A DNA stretch of 25,769 bases from a virus (lineage: Duplodnaviria > Caudoviricetes), in IMG/VR virus record IMGVR_UViG_3300031786_000496, positions 1 through 25,769 of that record. One strand, 5' to 3'. The translations under genes and the position numbers were made by a program. The notes below the pieces were generated by a model that had not been told where the DNA came from, made no database searches, and worked only from the letters and a program-made list of their open reading frames with translations. The stretch's first letter is position 1. Each line of letters begins with the position of its first letter. Below, in pieces: positions 22,899 to 25,769 of this stretch.

Positions 22899-25115
22899 TT
22901 ATCTTAAATTTCTAAACGGTTGTTTTGGAACCTTCATGCCAAAAGTATTACCAGATCCACCAATATGGCGAAATGGGCTCCTAATTAATTTACTGAATTT
23001 ATTGGAGTTATCCAACTTTTTTACATTCTCGGTTTCCTCATATCTCTTTTTATATCCCCTATTTGCCTGCTGTACTCTAGCAAAGGCAATCAATGCTGCA
23101 AATGATACAAGTCTATCCACGTTTACTCCATCTCTATACTCAATCATTTCTTTTAAAAGCATAGGGTCTGGTATCCTTTCTATACCATAAGTAGTTCTTA
23201 CAATTTTACCTTCTGATGTAACTTCCTGGTCTAGCTCTTCTGTCAAGAAATCAATAGCGTAACTAATCATGTGACTCTTAAACAGGGTACCTGTATTTCT
23301 CCATCCGTATTCCTGATAAACATTGGCATTAGCTCCTATATCTTTTAGGAATAATATCTGAGATCTAGGTACCAAGTATCTCTGCTTTTTTCTATCAATC
23401 ATGTAGGTGATAAACTGCGGGATGTTATTTTCAACTATTGTCCACGCATTATACCACTCTATAATCATTTCAAGTCTCTCATGTGTCTTTTTAATATCAT
23501 CAAAACGACCACACCAAGCAGCTACAATTTTGTCTCTTTCTATATAAGTCTGTATCTCGGAACCATTGTTTTTAGTTACCTCAACTGGAGTTTTGTAAAC
23601 ATAAATAGAACACAGTGATTCTGAGGTAGTTGTCTTACCTTCTGACACGGGGTCAATAGAAGCATAGTACATACCAAACTCAGGATCCTTTACAGGTCTT
23701 TCCCATACCACCAGTGTACCTGTTTTATCCTCGGTATTTTTAGTAACCGGGAACTCCATGATAGGCATCTTATTAGTAGTCTGTACATCAACCCCACCCT
23801 GTATATTTCTGTATATATCTAGAAACTCATAAGGATATTCTTTATCATCTATTCTATGCATTTGACCTGTGACCAAATGTGAAGGGAATAAAGACAGGGT
23901 TCTAAAGTCAAATGCTTCTTTTACATTTCTAGGGTGCTGAGATATACGAAGCTGGTACTCCTGAGGATCTAGTTCTTTTTTCCATTTGGCGAATAACTCA
24001 TCAAGTGCTTTAAGTGCTTCAGGAACCTGTGAATTACCATACTTATCTACATAAGGTGGCATTGACCATTGTTCTGGTATAAATAATCCAGTAGTACCAA
24101 TAGTCCCTTTATCATCAATTAATACAGATGGTACAGCGTATATATCATTTGCTTCCGGGTGTAGAATCAGCTTTTTAAGTGGATCACACTGACTCAAGTC
24201 ACCGACAGAACCAGCTGCTATAAAAGTACCTGTAGTAATCATACCGGATCTAAGAGCTGGTCTCAGGTATTCATAGGTCTGATTCATCTTAGGAGCAATA
24301 CCAGCTTCCTCGTGAAAGAAGTATTTAGTAGGACCACCGACACCTGTTGTAGGGCTTTTCTCAAAAGACATTGCCTGAATTACACCCTTTAAACCTATCT
24401 CAGTCTTTCTCTTCTGTCCACCAACAAAGTTTGATATCTCAATCTTCTGCTGCCAGAACATTGTTTTGTTGGGGTTCATGGGTCTATACCAAGCTGTGTG
24501 TTTATTCAAGAATGACTCGTATTCATTCAAGAACTTCCAGCTACCCTTTTCATTGATATAATCCTTGAGGCTAGCTCCCATCTTTAGGGTAACCCCTTCC
24601 TCAAACCATATCTGGTTTATGAGTTTACCACAATGGAAATAAGAGCTAGCAATCTGACGTTTCTTTAGAATAGCACAGTGCTTATAGTCTAGTTCTGCAA
24701 GTATCTCATAAAGAGCCATGTGGTATTGAGCATCTCTTACATCAGCAAATCCGTACTTCTGTGTTTCCTTATTAAAGATTGGAAGGAAGTTTAACCACAT
24801 GTAGTAGTCACGGGTAATATACCAAGCTTTGGTGCCTGATTTATATATCACACCCTTTCTACACTTTTCTTTTTCTGTATCCCAGTATTTTATAAAGTCT
24901 TTAGTTCCAGATGGTGCTGTACAATAAATTCCGTTTTTATTAAACAGTCGTGCTTGTTCATTAAACAATTTAGATGTTTCATCAAATTCATATTCCCCAG
25001 GTTCTTTAAAGATTGACAAGCAGAATTCATAGAAGTCTTTTCTACTTTCAAAATCTGTGTAGCTCCATTCTCCATCGCTGTAAGTGGGTATATGTTCGTA
25101 GATTTCAGTACTCAT
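22899..25115 (-). CDS. terL: Terminase large subunit
   Basis: 738 aa; ATPase ILKKRQIASS (Walker A region), YFFHEEAG (Walker B), AAGSVG coupling motif; RNase H-like nuclease YYASIDP, IVENN, NVDRLVS. Confidence 0.9.
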   Translation of the reverse strand: MSTEIYEHIPTYSDGEWSYTDFESRKDFYEFCLSIFKEPGEYEFDETSKLFNEQARLFNKNGIYCTAPSGTKDFIKYWDTEKEKCRKGVIYKSGTKAWYITRDYYMWLNFLPIFNKETQKYGFADVRDAQYHMALYEILAELDYKHCAILKKRQIASSYFHCGKLINQIWFEEGVTLKMGASLKDYINEKGSWKFLNEYESFLNKHTAWYRPMNPNKTMFWQQKIEISNFVGGQKRKTEIGLKGVIQAMSFEKSPTTGVGGPTKYFFHEEAGIAPKMNQTYEYLRPALRSGMITTGTFIAAGSVGDLSQCDPLKKLILHPEANDIYAVPSVLIDDKGTIGTTGLFIPEQWSMPPYVDKYGNSQVPEALKALDELFAKWKKELDPQEYQLRISQHPRNVKEAFDFRTLSLFPSHLVTGQMHRIDDKEYPYEFLDIYRNIQGGVDVQTTNKMPIMEFPVTKNTEDKTGTLVVWERPVKDPEFGMYYASIDPVSEGKTTTSESLCSIYVYKTPVEVTKNNGSEIQTYIERDKIVAAWCGRFDDIKKTHERLEMIIEWYNAWTIVENNIPQFITYMIDRKKQRYLVPRSQILFLKDIGANANVYQEYGWRNTGTLFKSHMISYAIDFLTEELDQEVTSEGKIVRTTYGIERIPDPMLLKEMIEYRDGVNVDRLVSFAALIAFARVQQANRGYKKRYEETENVKKLDNSNKFSKLIRSPFRHIGGSGNTFGMKVPKQPFRNLR

Positions 25116-25767
25116 TTAATAGCTTGAGTATTTCATTTAGAGCCTCATGTCTATGATTCTCTGTAAGAACTATCTTATTTACAAATGCTGACTTTTCAAT
25201 TTTAGGAATATCGTGAATAGCAGAGTCACTTTTTATCTTAAGGTCAATCTGCTGTAGATCACCTGTAAATATCATAATAGAACCCTTACCCAATCTACCT
25301 ACACACATTTGTAGTTGTGCCTTGGTTAGATTCTGGAACTCATCTATTATACATACGGCATTCTCAAAGGTTCTTCCTCTAAAGTGACTTAGAGATACAA
25401 GTTCTATGTGACCCTCTTCTTCCATCTTGTTTAGGATATCAGGTTTGTCATAGACCTTTCTCATGTTAGACTTAATCGGAACTAACCAGGGTTCCATTTT
25501 TTCCTTCTCAGAACCAGGAAGAAACCCATTATCCTCAGTAGAAACTGTAGGTCTGGTTATAATAATCTTATTTACTCTTCTCTTAAAGTAAAGATCTAGT
25601 GCTATCTGTACGGCAACTAGAGTCTTACCACTACCAGCATACCCAATAAGAAAATTATAAGGTGTGCTGATAATCAGTTCTTTAGCTTTTTTCTGCTCTT
25701 CTGAAAGAGTAATTGAGAACTTGATCTCTCCTTTTGGGGGTGTCTTTTCGATGTTTGTCTTAGCCAT
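25105..25767 (-). CDS. phoH: PhoH-family ATPase
   Basis: GYAGSGKT, ITRP, GFLPG..KEKMEPW, RGRTF, IIDEFQN, GDLQQID, NHRH motifs; TGA stop overlaps the terL start by 11 nt. Confidence 0.92.
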   Translation of the reverse strand: MAKTNIEKTPPKGEIKFSITLSEEQKKAKELIISTPYNFLIGYAGSGKTLVAVQIALDLYFKRRVNKIIITRPTVSTEDNGFLPGSEKEKMEPWLVPIKSNMRKVYDKPDILNKMEEEGHIELVSLSHFRGRTFENAVCIIDEFQNLTKAQLQMCVGRLGKGSIMIFTGDLQQIDLKIKSDSAIHDIPKIEKSAFVNKIVLTENHRHEALNEILKLLNEY

Positions 25768-25769
25768 AC

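Noticed and set aside
5612-24556. Plus-strand ORFs of 60-143 aa and nested minus-strand ORFs (9319, 18312, 20524, 24890) in the track
   Set aside because: Shadow frames overlapping well-supported genes, mostly with non-ATG starts and no recognisable motifs.
20135-25115. Inteins or introns in terminase/portal
   Set aside because: Lengths are compatible with crAss-like proteins; no C...HN-[CST] splice motifs or endonuclease motifs noticed.
1-25769. Stop-codon reassignment as in some gut crAss-like phages
   Set aside because: Genes are full length under code 11 with dense tiling; TAG (portal) and TGA (phoH, 49-aa ORF) both act as stops at sensible junctions.

Overview
A one-directional (all genuine genes on the - strand), AT-rich virion-morphogenesis region of a crAss-like (Crassvirales-related, podovirus-type) phage, most likely infecting aquatic Bacteroidota. 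In transcription order (right to left): PhoH-family ATPase, large terminase, 920-aa portal, acidic scaffold-like protein, major capsid protein, a 71-aa fibre/decoration-like protein and a 339-aa conserved protein. These are followed by an array of ten tiny ORFs, mostly Lys-rich and translationally coupled (four are missing from the ORF track), a 234-aa ring/tail-tube-like protein, a Dps/ferritin-like protein and a separately promoted and terminated 432-aa auxiliary-capsid-like protein. The last ~11 kb encode very Cys-rich surface/fibre proteins: a 47-aa Cys peptide, a BNR-propeller + vWA + Cys-repeat protein, a coiled-coil fibre, an FN3 protein and an uncalled >1374-aa ORF with a Fib_succ_major (FISUMP) domain and nine ~105-aa Cys-stapled repeats that runs off the window. 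The most intriguing signals are the basic micro-protein array with recurring K/M-x-x-GG motifs beside a Dps-like gene (a possible virion DNA-compaction/protection kit), the sharp Cys-free to Cys-rich switch between inner and outer virion proteins, and a recurring ATTT-N2-3-TAWATTA promoter-like motif. No database searches were run; family assignments rest on motif recognition and gene order.
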